Shown: positions 41,813 to 51,618, counted from the stretch's first letter. The stretch: 53,630 nt of DNA from a virus (IMGVR_UViG_3300048606_000130:1-53630); one strand, 5' to 3'. A program made the numbers and translations. The notes: generated from the sequence alone by a model not told the origin.

Positions 41813-42301
41813 CTACGGCACCAGCTTGATTGCCGACGGCGCCGCAGGCTTGCTGGTCGGTTGCAGGGGCGCCAGCGAAAAAGTATCGGAGTCCGCGGCG
41901 AGCGAGAGCGCACTGCCGCCCGGGCCAATCGCCGCGATCACCACAAAGTATTGCGGACACGTCGCCGGCGCGACCACGGTGCAGGCGGGCACGTTCGTGA
42001 TCCCGAGCTGCGCGAACGTCAGGCGGAACGGGCCGAGGGTGCCGGTCGTCGCCAGCGTTTTCGCAATGACCGGGCCGATGAGGCGCGCGGCGCCGGTCGA
42101 GCCGACGTCGAACACCAGGCCCTGATAGCTGACGACGACGGGTCCGCCGGCGCCCGCCTCCCCCACGGGAATGACGGCGCTGTGCGCGGGCGACGCGAAG
42201 TCGACTTTCGCGACAGCCGGGACGAGGACGACCTGCGCGGCCGCGATCTCGGAGGCCGCGAGGGACAGCCCGAGCGCGAGGAGGAGAACCTTGATGTTCA
42301 T
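41813..42301 (-). CDS. Secreted protein (Ig/FN3-like beta-rich)
   Basis: Signal peptide MNIKVLLLALGLSLAA, YFVVIAAIGPGG. Confidence 0.65.
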   Translation of the reverse strand: MNIKVLLLALGLSLAASEIAAAQVVLVPAVAKVDFASPAHSAVIPVGEAGAGGPVVVSYQGLVFDVGSTGAARLIGPVIAKTLATTGTLGPFRLTFAQLGITNVPACTVVAPATCPQYFVVIAAIGPGGSALSLAADSDTFSLAPLQPTSKPAAPSAIKLVP

Positions 42302-43002
42302 TTCATCACCTGTTGCGTGGTCAACCACGTGCCGACCGCGGTCACCACGATCTGAAAGTAGGGACTCGCGATCAGCTTCTTCGCCCAGCTCGGCTCCTCG
42401 TCGTGCGCTTTGAGCTGCGCGGCGAGCGCCTCGGTGCGCTGGCGGTCAGCCGCGTCATGCGCGACGTCGAAGGCATAGATCGCATTCGCCAGCCGCTGAA
42501 TGTCGAGCGCGACGGGTAGGACCGGATCGTTTACCGGCGCACTGACCGGCGGCGGCACGACGACCACGGGCGGCGGCGTCACGACGGGCGGTGGTCCTCC
42601 GACGCCCGCGCTGGGCTCGAGCCATTCGGCCGCCGAGTACTTCCCGACCGGATCTTCCGTGCCCCACCAGACCTTGTTCTCGGGCGGCGGATCGCCGAAG
42701 CCGGCACTCCCGATAAAGTCGAACGCCTGGCCCGTCGGCCGATAGAGCGTCGCATCGACCGCGACGTTCCGCCCCAGGGGATCGACGCAGTGATTCTGTC
42801 CCTCGGATTTCAGGAGCTGCCCATAGTCGGGGTTGGCGGCGTGCAACGCGACGACGACGGCGTTGCTGTAGGCGCAGAGGCCGGCTTTCGTGCGGAAGTC
42901 CCAACCCCCACGGTCGCGCACCATTTGTACGATGCTCTGCTGCGCGAAGGCCGGCGCGACGACCGCGAGTGTGAGACTGACGACGAGCAGGAGTCGTTTC
43001 AT
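42298..43002 (-). CDS. Exported protein with Pro-rich linker, coiled coil and C-terminal TM helix
   Basis: MKRLLLVVSLTLAVVAPAFA signal, PPPVVTPPP linker, IASPYFQIVVTAVGTWL. Confidence 0.7.
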   Translation of the reverse strand: MKRLLLVVSLTLAVVAPAFAQQSIVQMVRDRGGWDFRTKAGLCAYSNAVVVALHAANPDYGQLLKSEGQNHCVDPLGRNVAVDATLYRPTGQAFDFIGSAGFGDPPPENKVWWGTEDPVGKYSAAEWLEPSAGVGGPPPVVTPPPVVVVPPPVSAPVNDPVLPVALDIQRLANAIYAFDVAHDAADRQRTEALAAQLKAHDEEPSWAKKLIASPYFQIVVTAVGTWLTTQQVMK

Positions 43003-43174
43003 TCGGTTTCCTTGAGCCTCGGCGTGACTGGCTCGACGGTGAAGCCGAGCGCGCGGAGTTGGCTCTGAAAATCCACCCACCACTTGCCATTGCCGACGAT
43101 GGTCCCTCGGAGATCGCCTTCGAGGTTCATGGAGCGCGTCTGCAGGCGGAGTCTGAGATGTTTGGGAATCGGAA

Positions 43175-43630
43175 TCACTCAGGACACACCTGTCTGGACA
43201 AGAGCCCGATGCCGGCGCCGAGGGCGACGTCCGACGCGTAGTGCATCCCGCCGGCTTGTCGACCCCACGCGACGGTCAACACGAGCGACGCCGACAGCGC
43301 CGAGTGCGCAGCCGTGGTCGCGAAGGCGGTATGGCCGGACGGCATCGAGAAATGATCCTGATGATTCGGCCGCTCGCGGTGGATGGCGCGTTTCGCCAGT
43401 TCGACAATGGCGTAGTCGAGCGCCAGGCGACACCCAAACCCCCAGCGCGCCCGCGCGTCCGTCCTGATGAGTGAGTGCCAGGCATCGAGCCCGAGATTGA
43501 TCGCGAGCGCGGCGTCGGAGATCCGTTTCGGGATCGCCTCGTGTGTCGCCAAGCGAAACGGCGTCGGTTCTTCCGCGTGCGCCGGCGCCGCGAGGAAGAG
43601 CGCGAGGAGGAGGACCAGGATCGTTTTCAT
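43175..43630 (-). CDS. PAP2-family phosphatase with signal peptide
   Basis: KRAIHRERP (C1), SMPSGH (C2), GRQAGGMHYASDV (C3). Confidence 0.9.
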   Translation of the reverse strand: MKTILVLLLALFLAAPAHAEEPTPFRLATHEAIPKRISDAALAINLGLDAWHSLIRTDARARWGFGCRLALDYAIVELAKRAIHRERPNHQDHFSMPSGHTAFATTAAHSALSASLVLTVAWGRQAGGMHYASDVALGAGIGLLSRQVCPE

Positions 43631-44076
43631 GCGAGTCTCCGGATCCCGAGAATCCGAGTTTTCGGAAACTTCGCGATCGAGACCGCGTCGCCCTGGTTCC
43701 CGCCGAGCAGGAAGACCTGCGTGGCGTCCTGGCCGGCATAGAAGCCGACGTGGCCGGGCGCAGCGATCACATCCGGCCCGGGTTGTTTGCCGGCGCCGCG
43801 CGACAGCACGACGACGTCGTTGCCCACGCGCGCATCCGTCAACGGAATCGACGTGCCGACCAGCAGCCAACTCCGCGCGGCGAGCGAGCGCGAACGCGGC
43901 GCGCCGCAGAGCCAGCAGATAAAGTTCGGGAACGCTGAGCACCAGGAGGTGACGTCGTCGGTGACCCACGACGCGTCGAGCCGGAGCATCGCCAGCACCA
44001 GCGGCGTCGAGGTCAGGCCGGCGGTTTCCTTGATGCCGACGAAGCGCTGCGCGATCGTGAAGAGATCCGTCGTCAC
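43627..44076 (-). CDS. Endolysin, TIGR02594-family (NlpC/P60-CHAP-like)
   Basis: GIKE, DDVTSWCSAF, AARSW, GHVGF and LGGNQGDAV. Confidence 0.9.
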   Translation of the reverse strand: MTTDLFTIAQRFVGIKETAGLTSTPLVLAMLRLDASWVTDDVTSWCSAFPNFICWLCGAPRSRSLAARSWLLVGTSIPLTDARVGNDVVVLSRGAGKQPGPDVIAAPGHVGFYAGQDATQVFLLGGNQGDAVSIAKFPKTRILGIRRLA

Positions 44077-44516
44077 GAGGGTTCCCCGATCGGCGCCGCG
44101 GCCGCCGCCAGCGCCGTGGCCGCCGCGGTGGCGAGGGTGTCCGTCCGCAGGTTCGCGTCGGCGTGGCCTTGCGCCCGCCCGTCGGCCAGACCCTGGACCC
44201 GGGCGGCGAGCGTGGCGTTTTGAATGAAGGCATCGAGCCGCGAGTTCACGGACAGATGCGTTTCCTGGGCCTTCATGAAGGCGAGGAGCGCCAAGGTCGT
44301 CGGGGCGATCGCCGTGAAGACGATGCCGCCGAGGACCACGAGATCTTGCGCGGGCCGCGCGATGGCTATCGCGGCGAAGGCCAGGATGGCCACCGCGATC
44401 ATGACGACGATCGCCACGAGATACGGCACGTTATTCGGCGCCGGGATGAGGGACGCGGCGCGGCGTTCGAACGAGGGCGGCGGCGTCAGGACGACCGCGC
44501 CGGCGATCGGGATCAT
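44073..44516 (-). CDS. Holin-like membrane protein (2 TM)
   Basis: Two hydrophobic helices then ETHLSVNSRLD. Directly upstream of the endolysin. Confidence 0.65.
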   Translation of the reverse strand: MIPIAGAVVLTPPPSFERRAASLIPAPNNVPYLVAIVVMIAVAILAFAAIAIARPAQDLVVLGGIVFTAIAPTTLALLAFMKAQETHLSVNSRLDAFIQNATLAARVQGLADGRAQGHADANLRTDTLATAAATALAAAAAPIGEPS

Positions 44517-44583
44517 GTGTCTTCGAGCCTAGAGCCCGCTGCGGATCCGCCGTTCTTCTAGTAGGAAGAATGCGGCGCCGTTC

Positions 44584-45843
44584 TTAGCTGTATTCCCAGA
44601 TGATCACGACGCCGTCGCTACCGGTGCCGCCCGCTTGCTGGGTCCCGATCTGGCTCGCGACCGCGCCATTGCCGCCCGCTCCTTTGCCGGTGCCGTTGGT
44701 CCCGGCTTGAGACAAATTGCTTCCAACAGCCACGGCCGGTCGCGAGGGTTGCCCATAGCGACTCGATCCGCCAGTACTGGGAATGATGGTGGTCGCTTTG
44801 AGACCGATCGGCGCCAGTCCCCCGCCACCATTCTGGTTGTCGTCGCCGGTGGTCGCCACCCCGCCATCCCCGCTCACATTCCGCGACTCGGGAGCGACGA
44901 TCCCGTTCGCCATGCCGGTCCCGCCCACCCCGCCGCCGGCCGTGTACGTCACCGCCCCGGTCGTGATGAACGTCGTATCCGCGCCGTTCGCGCCGTTGTT
45001 ATTGCCCGCGGCCCCACCGGCCCCTTTCGCGCCCACGACGCCCGTGGCTCCGCTGAAGGCGGCCGTCAATCGTTTCCGCAGCCACGCGCCACCGCCCCCG
45101 GCCCCACCCATCACGATGTTGCTACTGGTCGCAGTCGCCGCTCCCCCAGCCCCGCCGCCGCCGCCCTGGAGTTCGACCACGATGGATCCGGTGCCCGCCG
45201 TCGGCGTATACGTGTACGCGCCCGTCGCGGTGATGCGCTGCAGACCGATCAATCGTCCGCTCCCGCCCGGCGCGCCGCCGTCCTTGATCAATTTCCCCGT
45301 CGTGCCATCGAAGAGCGCCAGGTGGCCGTCGACGGCGACCCCGGGTCCGACGACATCGCCACTCCCGGCGCCGCCGCCACCCGGGGGGACCGCCCAACTG
45401 CCATCCTCGCGAAGAAACGCGGCTGCCGGCGAGGCGTTCGGGAAGCCGTCGAGATCGGTCACGTCGATCGGATCGCTGCCGCCATCCGCGTGACTCGCGG
45501 CATGCGCCGTCGGCGTTCGGCTGTTCGTCAAACGCGCGTCGTTGCCGGCGACGGCCTGCGATCCGCCCGCGCCGATGATCGGCGGTTGGGGATCGGCGAG
45601 CACGCCGGACAAGCCCGCGACGGTGATTTCATCGCCGCCGCCGTTTTCATGACTGGTCGCGTGCAGCGAGGGCGCCACCGTCGCCGGGGAGTACTGCTCC
45701 CAGCTGAGGCCGTCGTCCGCGCAGCGCTCGAGGATGAAGTCTTCGTCGTCGACGCAATAGAGTTTGCCGGCGAGGCCCACCGTCGGCGCCGGCTGCGCCG
45801 CCCGCGTACCCACCAGATGAATATCCGCAATGCGAGCTGCCAT
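44584..45843 (-). CDS. Tail fibre / receptor-binding protein with Gly-rich C-terminal domain
   Basis: HATSHENGGGD and HAASHADGGSD motifs, YTPTAG..VELQGGGGG Gly-rich domain, ends GVVIIWEY. Confidence 0.8.
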   Translation of the reverse strand: MAARIADIHLVGTRAAQPAPTVGLAGKLYCVDDEDFILERCADDGLSWEQYSPATVAPSLHATSHENGGGDEITVAGLSGVLADPQPPIIGAGGSQAVAGNDARLTNSRTPTAHAASHADGGSDPIDVTDLDGFPNASPAAAFLREDGSWAVPPGGGGAGSGDVVGPGVAVDGHLALFDGTTGKLIKDGGAPGGSGRLIGLQRITATGAYTYTPTAGTGSIVVELQGGGGGAGGAATATSSNIVMGGAGGGGAWLRKRLTAAFSGATGVVGAKGAGGAAGNNNGANGADTTFITTGAVTYTAGGGVGGTGMANGIVAPESRNVSGDGGVATTGDDNQNGGGGLAPIGLKATTIIPSTGGSSRYGQPSRPAVAVGSNLSQAGTNGTGKGAGGNGAVASQIGTQQAGGTGSDGVVIIWEYS

Positions 45844-45859
45844 GCTGATCCTGCTTTCG

Positions 45860-46255
45860 TTACGGCGTCGCGACCCAGGCGACGACGACGTCGCCGAGGC
45901 CATCGAAGACGAGCTCGGGCGCGCTCGGGCCGCCCGTGGTGATCGGCGCCCAGTACCCGCTGCCGACTTCGAGTTTCAGATCGAGTGCTGCCTGGAGATC
46001 GGTTTGGTCACTGAGGGTGCCGCCCACGTCGCCCCAGAGCAACGGCGCATCGAGCTTCGCGTCGAGCGCCGCTTGGAGATCGAGTTGGTCGCTGAGCGTG
46101 CCGCCAAGGGCGCCCCACAGCAACGGCGCGTCGAGCTTCGCGTCGAGCGCCGCCTGGAGATCGACTTGATCACTCAGGAGCCCGGTGATGGTGCCCCACA
46201 CCCCGCCGCCACTCGGGGTGTCGATGACGAAGCCGCGGCGGCCGCTAGGAAACAT
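45860..46255 (-). CDS. Tail-associated protein with three 27-aa repeats
   Basis: WGxxxGxLSDQxDLQAALDxK occurs three times. Confidence 0.75.
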   Translation of the reverse strand: MFPSGRRGFVIDTPSGGGVWGTITGLLSDQVDLQAALDAKLDAPLLWGALGGTLSDQLDLQAALDAKLDAPLLWGDVGGTLSDQTDLQAALDLKLEVGSGYWAPITTGGPSAPELVFDGLGDVVVAWVATP

Positions 46256-46580
46256 AGAAGAGGCTCTTGCCCGGCGCGAGCGTTTCGCGCCAGAGCCGGC
46301 GGATGGTGCCGTTGTTATTCAGTTGCACGATCACGTCGGCGTCGACCGTGTCGGCGTTGTAGACCGTCAGCCGTTTGGGATCGCGCGAGTGGCCGGCGGC
46401 CGGCGCCGCACAGACGGTGACCGCGGTGGTGTCGTTCGTGACGCCGTCGTTCGACACGAGGGCCGACAGCTTGAAGGCGGCGTCCAAGTCGACGCCGTCG
46501 AAGGTCCATTCGAGATGGTTCGTCGTCTTCGGCGCGGCGAGTTTGATTTCGAGCGTCTTCGTGGTCGTGTTCGGGATCAT
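46245..46580 (-). CDS. Putative tail/fibre-associated protein
   Basis: Beta-rich ORF within the tail operon. Confidence 0.6.
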   Translation of the reverse strand: MIPNTTTKTLEIKLAAPKTTNHLEWTFDGVDLDAAFKLSALVSNDGVTNDTTAVTVCAAPAAGHSRDPKRLTVYNADTVDADVIVQLNNNGTIRRLWRETLAPGKSLFYVS

Positions 46581-47809
46581 GAATACACCCGGAAGCCGGT
46601 TTGCGCGTACGTGGTTTCGGACAGGTCGATGTTCGCCGAGCCGTCGAAGGGCACGCCGTGAATCGTGCGCGCCGCCTGCAGCCGCGACGCCGTGCCCGCG
46701 TTGCCCGTGATGGCGGACGGCTGCGATCGGCGAAACACATCCTCAACGGTCACCCGCACGGACGAGGCCGTCACATGGAAGACCGGAAAGGTGTCGTCAT
46801 TGACCGCGATGCGATCGATGGTCACCGTCTGAATCAGAAAGTCCCCGACGATCGGCGGCGTGGCGGTCGTGATATTCACGGGCACGGTTTTGCCGGCGCC
46901 GGTTTTGGGGTCGCGCGTGTCGTAGGCGAGCTCGCCGATCGGGCCGCCGTACACCGCGGTCACCGCCTGGGCGTACAGCAGACACGCCGCTTCCGTCGTC
47001 AACTCCGGCCGGCTGATCACGGGCGCTTCGATCACGCCGTCTCCGCCCATGATGAGGACCATGGCCGCCTGGGCGGTGAGATCGTCCCACGTCGCGAAAC
47101 AGCCCGTCCCCCGCACGAAGACGCGCGTCCGCACCTGGGAGACGTCCAACGTGTACCGTACCGCCGGATTCCATTGCAGCGTCGTCGACGTGTTATTCAG
47201 TGCGTCGGGGACCTCGTCGACTTCCGGCGTCTGCCCGAGGTGGACATCCTGATCGTCGTCGACCCAGTGGAAGCCCCCGCCCATCTGCGTACAGATCTCA
47301 TCGAGCACGGCGCCGAACGTCAGCGAGCCGTCGAGATCGAGCGTGACGTCGGGGAGTCCCGCTTGCACGTGCGCCACGGTGAAGCCGGGTGCGGAGTCCG
47401 TCACGAGCGCGGCGACTACGGTGGTGGCCGAGCCGGTGTACTGGCCGAACGGAATCAGGCGATTGAGCGCATACGCCCAGCCGAGCACGGTCGCGTCCCA
47501 GCGCTTTTGCGCGTGCGCGCGCCCTTCAAGGATCTGCGTGGTGGTGATCGTCGTCCCGACGAGGAGCCGGCGGCCGAGGGTCTCGACGTCGACGTTCGCG
47601 CCCACCTGGGGCGGAATGTCCGTGATCCCGAGCCGCGCGGCATCGGCGTCGTTCCCGACCGTCAGACCGCATTGCTTCGGCTGGCCGAGCGTGTCGTTCA
47701 GACTGATCGCGCCGTTCTGCCGGCGGATCGGCGCCACGCCCGTCACGATGAGCCCGGCGCCCGGCGCGGTCGTCCACGTGAACGTCAACGGATCGGACGG
47801 CAGGCTCAT
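46577..47809 (-). CDS. Tail tip/baseplate hub-like protein with C-terminal fibre motif
   Basis: HWVDDDQDVHL, VRTRVFVRG. C-terminal GNAGTASRLQAARTIHGVPFDGSANI. Confidence 0.7.
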   Translation of the reverse strand: MSLPSDPLTFTWTTAPGAGLIVTGVAPIRRQNGAISLNDTLGQPKQCGLTVGNDADAARLGITDIPPQVGANVDVETLGRRLLVGTTITTTQILEGRAHAQKRWDATVLGWAYALNRLIPFGQYTGSATTVVAALVTDSAPGFTVAHVQAGLPDVTLDLDGSLTFGAVLDEICTQMGGGFHWVDDDQDVHLGQTPEVDEVPDALNNTSTTLQWNPAVRYTLDVSQVRTRVFVRGTGCFATWDDLTAQAAMVLIMGGDGVIEAPVISRPELTTEAACLLYAQAVTAVYGGPIGELAYDTRDPKTGAGKTVPVNITTATPPIVGDFLIQTVTIDRIAVNDDTFPVFHVTASSVRVTVEDVFRRSQPSAITGNAGTASRLQAARTIHGVPFDGSANIDLSETTYAQTGFRVYS

Positions 47810-48636
47810 GCGTCGAAGTCCAGGTTGACGACGACGTGCTTGGTACTCTTCCAGTGCGCGGGCGTGACGCAGGTCAGGGTGTGTTGATCGATTACGACGA
47901 CGTCGGTCCCTGGGAATTCGCCATCGAAGATCACGGACTCGACGCCGAGCTCGCCGTCCGGATTGAAAAAGCCGCCGCCGGTGATCGTGACCGCCGTGCC
48001 GCCGGCCGTCGGGCCTTGGTCCGGGACAATCGAGCTGATGTACGGCCAGGGATGATCGTCGGGCGCATAGTCGCCGCCCGGGTCGTCGCCGAATTGCCAG
48101 TCGTCGAGGCTCTCGCTGTACCACCAGTTTTGGAGGCCGTACGTGCCCGCGATGAGCAACCCGTCAAAAATCACGCCGCCATGCGCCTCCGTTGTGACGT
48201 GGTGAATGCCGACGCCGTTGTTATAGAGATCCGTCGCGGACGGCATCGCGCCCGGGTACGCAAACGTGAACGTGCCGCCACCCCCGGAGGGGAAGGCGGG
48301 GGATTCCTGGGATTCGAGGAATTGCAAGTAGCCGCTGCCCTCGGCGCCCCCGATGCTACTCGTCGCCACCTGCGCGACCGCGGTGAGGATCCGGAAGCCA
48401 GCCGGGAGCCCGCCGATCTCGGTCGGTGCGCCGGCCCCGTCCAGGTAGTACTTGGTGAGAAAGCGAATCTGTGCGTCGCTCGCGCCGGCCAGTTCGTCGT
48501 CAAAGATGTACGGGCTGCCGGCGAGTCGCACCGCGGCGGCCAAAGCCGCGTCGTCGGTCGCGCCGGCGGGTGACGTCGTCCACACCCCCGTCGTCGCGCC
48601 GAAGACACTCTCGACCCGCAGGATGTAGGTGCCCAT
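47806..48636 (-). CDS. Tail protein with C-terminal IPT/TIG domain
   Basis: PYISSIVPDQGPTAGGTAVTITGGGF...LTCVTPAH. Follows the tape measure gene. Confidence 0.78.
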   Translation of the reverse strand: MGTYILRVESVFGATTGVWTTSPAGATDDAALAAAVRLAGSPYIFDDELAGASDAQIRFLTKYYLDGAGAPTEIGGLPAGFRILTAVAQVATSSIGGAEGSGYLQFLESQESPAFPSGGGGTFTFAYPGAMPSATDLYNNGVGIHHVTTEAHGGVIFDGLLIAGTYGLQNWWYSESLDDWQFGDDPGGDYAPDDHPWPYISSIVPDQGPTAGGTAVTITGGGFFNPDGELGVESVIFDGEFPGTDVVVIDQHTLTCVTPAHWKSTKHVVVNLDFDA

Positions 48637-50352
48637 CTACGTCCCCGAGACCAGGCGCTTCAGCTTCGCGCTCTTGACGAGTTCCGCTTCAATCTGGCGC
48701 GTGAGTTCTGCTGGCGTGAGGCCGGCCGCGTTGATCGTCACCGTGATCGTCCCGCCGCCGCTGCTCTTCCCGGGCCCGACGTACGACGGCGGCGCGGCCG
48801 GGGCGATGTCTTGGGTAATCGAGGTGATCGCCTTCCCGCTCGCATCGGTCATCCCGCCGCCGGCGATCGGGGCGAGGCCGGCGAACGCGTCCGAGGGCGA
48901 CTGGCCGTATTTGATCTTGGTGCCGTACTTGTCGTTCGGCTGGATGGCGGCGCGCTCTTCCTGGATCTTGGCGTCCGCCGCCGCCCGAGCGGCCGCGCGG
49001 GCGGTGTCGGCGGCCGCAGCGGCATCGATGGCGACTTTCTCGTCCTGGAGCGCGCCGACGACGCCGCGGATTTGTTCAGCGGTCAAGCCATACGCGGTGG
49101 CCAGCGCCGCCTGCGAGATGCCCGCCTGCAGGTAGTACTGAATCGCGTTGACCGTCTCGCCGTCGATCGCATTGAGGGTGGTCTGGTACGACTGCCCGGC
49201 GGTGGTCAGTTCGGTCACCGCCGCTTTGAACTTCTGCGCCTCGGCTTCGGCGGCCGCCTGGTCGGTGGCCAGCGTCTTCAGCGACGCCGCGTACTGGCCG
49301 ACGGCGCCTTCGCTGAGGTTCATCGCTTTCGCGATCTGGGTGGTGCTCTCGCCGAGCGCGAGCGCGTCTTTGATGAGATCCTGTTCTTCGTCCGAGAGCG
49401 CCGCGGCGGCGACGCCGATCGCTTCCAGGTGGAGCCGGTACGACGGGAGCGCGCCATCCGCGAGCGCCTGCTTGAACGTCTGCGTGTTGAACACGATGGC
49501 GTCCGCATAGGAGATCATCGCGTCGGCGCCGTCGGCGATCGCTTTGTTGATCGTGTCCTGCTTCGCGCCCGAGGCTTCCGCCACCGCATCGCCCCAGCCG
49601 AGGAGCTTCGCCGTCGCGTTGCCGATCGCGACATCGGTCCCGAGAAACTCCGCGGCCAGGCGCCCGAGTTTCCAGCCGCCGATCCCTGCGCCGAGCGCGA
49701 GGCCCCCGGTGGCGAGTAGGCCGAGTTGACTCGCGGTTTTTCCGGACGCGGCCGCCAGGTCGCCCAAGCCGCGGATCTCGGGCCCGATATGAATCCCCAT
49801 CGCCGCGAGCACGCCATCGAACGCTTGGAGGGAGCCGTGGAGATCGGTGACCGGGGCCTTCGCGGTGAGCGCCGCCGTGCCGAAGGCCTTTGTCTCATCG
49901 GCCAAGGCCTTCATCCCGGGCGCGCCGGCCGCGGTCAAGCCCGCGATCAGTTTCCCGGAGGCGCTCGCCTCTTTCCCCGACGCACTGAGCCCCGTCGCCA
50001 AACTGTCCAGTTCCAGGCGCGTCTTCCGCGCGCCGTCCGCCATCGCCTGCAACTGGGCTGGGATCGGTTGGCCGGTCACGCGCAACTTCTCGATCGCCGC
50101 GGCGCCGACGGTCCCCATGCGTTCGAGCTCGCCGGCCGTGAGCCCCGCGCCCTTCCCCGCCCGATCGAACACCTCCGCCATCAAGGTGGCTTCTTGAATC
50201 AGCTTGCGTCCCGAGAAGCTGTCGGTCATGCGCGAGAGCGACGTGGCGACCTTCTCACTGCCGCTCTCAAACGACTTCAGCTTCACGATCGCGCCATCCG
50301 TGGCGGCCTGGAAGCTCGAGAAATCCGCGAGGAGCGCGCCGGACAGGGCCAT
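48637..50352 (-). CDS. Tape measure protein (571 aa)
   Basis: Ala-rich and helical, LLADFSSF N-terminus, TITVTIN C-terminus. Follows the chaperones. Confidence 0.85.
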   Translation of the reverse strand: MALSGALLADFSSFQAATDGAIVKLKSFESGSEKVATSLSRMTDSFSGRKLIQEATLMAEVFDRAGKGAGLTAGELERMGTVGAAAIEKLRVTGQPIPAQLQAMADGARKTRLELDSLATGLSASGKEASASGKLIAGLTAAGAPGMKALADETKAFGTAALTAKAPVTDLHGSLQAFDGVLAAMGIHIGPEIRGLGDLAAASGKTASQLGLLATGGLALGAGIGGWKLGRLAAEFLGTDVAIGNATAKLLGWGDAVAEASGAKQDTINKAIADGADAMISYADAIVFNTQTFKQALADGALPSYRLHLEAIGVAAAALSDEEQDLIKDALALGESTTQIAKAMNLSEGAVGQYAASLKTLATDQAAAEAEAQKFKAAVTELTTAGQSYQTTLNAIDGETVNAIQYYLQAGISQAALATAYGLTAEQIRGVVGALQDEKVAIDAAAAADTARAAARAAADAKIQEERAAIQPNDKYGTKIKYGQSPSDAFAGLAPIAGGGMTDASGKAITSITQDIAPAAPPSYVGPGKSSGGGTITVTINAAGLTPAELTRQIEAELVKSAKLKRLVSGT

Positions 50353-50864
50353 TTAGTCGAGGCCCTCCGCGTCCCGCTCCGCGTCGTTCTGTTCCGTCAC
50401 CAGTTCGTCCACGAGCACCTCATACACTTCCTGCGGCAACGCCCGGACGTCGTCATAGGTCATGTGCATCCGACGACAGATGTTCAGGTCGCTGACGAGG
50501 CGGGCGCGTCGGGCGTCCCAGCCGTCGCCGTTTTTTTTTGCGCCCGCGCGGTCTCCACGGTGGCCTCGTGTCGATCGAGCGCCGCGATCAGTTCGCGCAC
50601 CGTGGCCTTGTCGAGGGATCGCACGGTGTCGCGGCGCTCGTTCTCCGGGAGCCCGACGCTGTACGGCAAGGGTTTCTCATCGAGGCCCACGAGCGACCAG
50701 CCGAGCACGTACGCCAATACCTTCGCGAAGGGTTTGCGATCGGCCAGATCGGTGAGGAGATCGAAGTACTCGCCGGCATTCAACTCGGTGATGACATCGA
50801 CGTGATCGCCGTCCGACAAGGGGAGGCGGTCACTCTTTGGCAGCACGACACGACAACGCGGCAT
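50353..50864 (-). CDS. Tail assembly chaperone gpG (50484..50864) and -1 frameshift product gpGT (to 50353)
   Basis: A9 slippery run at 50531-50539 (CAA AAA AAA ACG). The -1 frame is open (NGDGWDARRARLVSDLNICRRMHMTYDDVRALP...) to a TAA abutting the TMP ATG. Confidence 0.85.
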
Positions 50865-50879
50865 ACGGGTCTCCTGTTC

Positions 50880-51158
50880 CTATTGCTCGGGTGGGCCGAG
50901 CTGCGCGATGAGGGATCGCGGTCCCACCTGGATCGCATTAATGCCCCACGCCCACCAGCCATCACGGCCGCCCTCGTGCGGCGCCGTAAACAGCAGCGGC
51001 GTCTGGCGGAGTTGGAACGCATCGCTGCGCGCCAGCGTCCCCGTCAGCGTCCACTGCCCGTGGACTTTCGCAATCCGCCAGGCCGTCAGCGTCGCCGCTG
51101 GGCGATAGCCCCAGAGGATCGACGCCGCGGTCCCGCGGATCGTCAGGCGATCGAACAC
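50880..51158 (-). CDS. Hypothetical tail-module protein
   Basis: GTG start VFDRLTIRG..., between the major tail and chaperone genes. Confidence 0.6.
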   Translation of the reverse strand: MFDRLTIRGTAASILWGYRPAATLTAWRIAKVHGQWTLTGTLARSDAFQLRQTPLLFTAPHEGGRDGWWAWGINAIQVGPRSLIAQLGPPEQ

Positions 51159-51165
51159 GGCGCCC

Positions 51166-51570
51166 TTATGGCGCCAGCGTCCAGGGCCCGGCCGCGTGAA
51201 TCGATCCCGAGATCTTCGGCGCGCCCTTGGCGCTGCAGTCGATGTCGGCATCGAGATACCCGAGGCCGGAGAAATTGAAGCTCGCTTCGGTGGAGTTGGG
51301 GGCCAGCTCGAGCCAGCCGGGCGTGGGCGCGTCCGTGGCGTCGAACAGCACGGTGCTGCTGCTGTTCCAGAAGCCCGCGATCGAGCCGGAGACGTCCTTC
51401 AAGCCCGGCACATAGACCTTGTTCAGGTCGCCGAAGCAGGTGACGTCTTCGTAGTCGGTCTTGAGCGAGAGCTTCCACGCGTTGATGGAGATGAGATCGA
51501 CGAGCGTGAGCGGCGAACCCGCCGCCGCGTCGTACTTGACCGTGCCGTACCGCCCTGTTTTGATCGACAT
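51166..51570 (-). CDS. Major tail tube protein
   Basis: WKLSL..DYEDVTCFGDLNKVYVPGLKDVSGSIAGFW. Confidence 0.85.
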   Translation of the reverse strand: MSIKTGRYGTVKYDAAAGSPLTLVDLISINAWKLSLKTDYEDVTCFGDLNKVYVPGLKDVSGSIAGFWNSSSTVLFDATDAPTPGWLELAPNSTEASFNFSGLGYLDADIDCSAKGAPKISGSIHAAGPWTLAP

Positions 51571-51618
51571 GATTGCCCTACTCTTTTCCTTGGTTCGAAC
51601 CCCGAGTGACCCGCGCCG

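Noticed and set aside
44548-44577. Terminator between tail fibre and holin
   Set aside because: An imperfect hairpin is present but there is no U-tract on the minus strand, so it is not called.
45970-46200. 81-bp tandem DNA repeats as a non-coding array
   Set aside because: They are in-frame protein repeats of a tail-associated protein, with codon-type variation.
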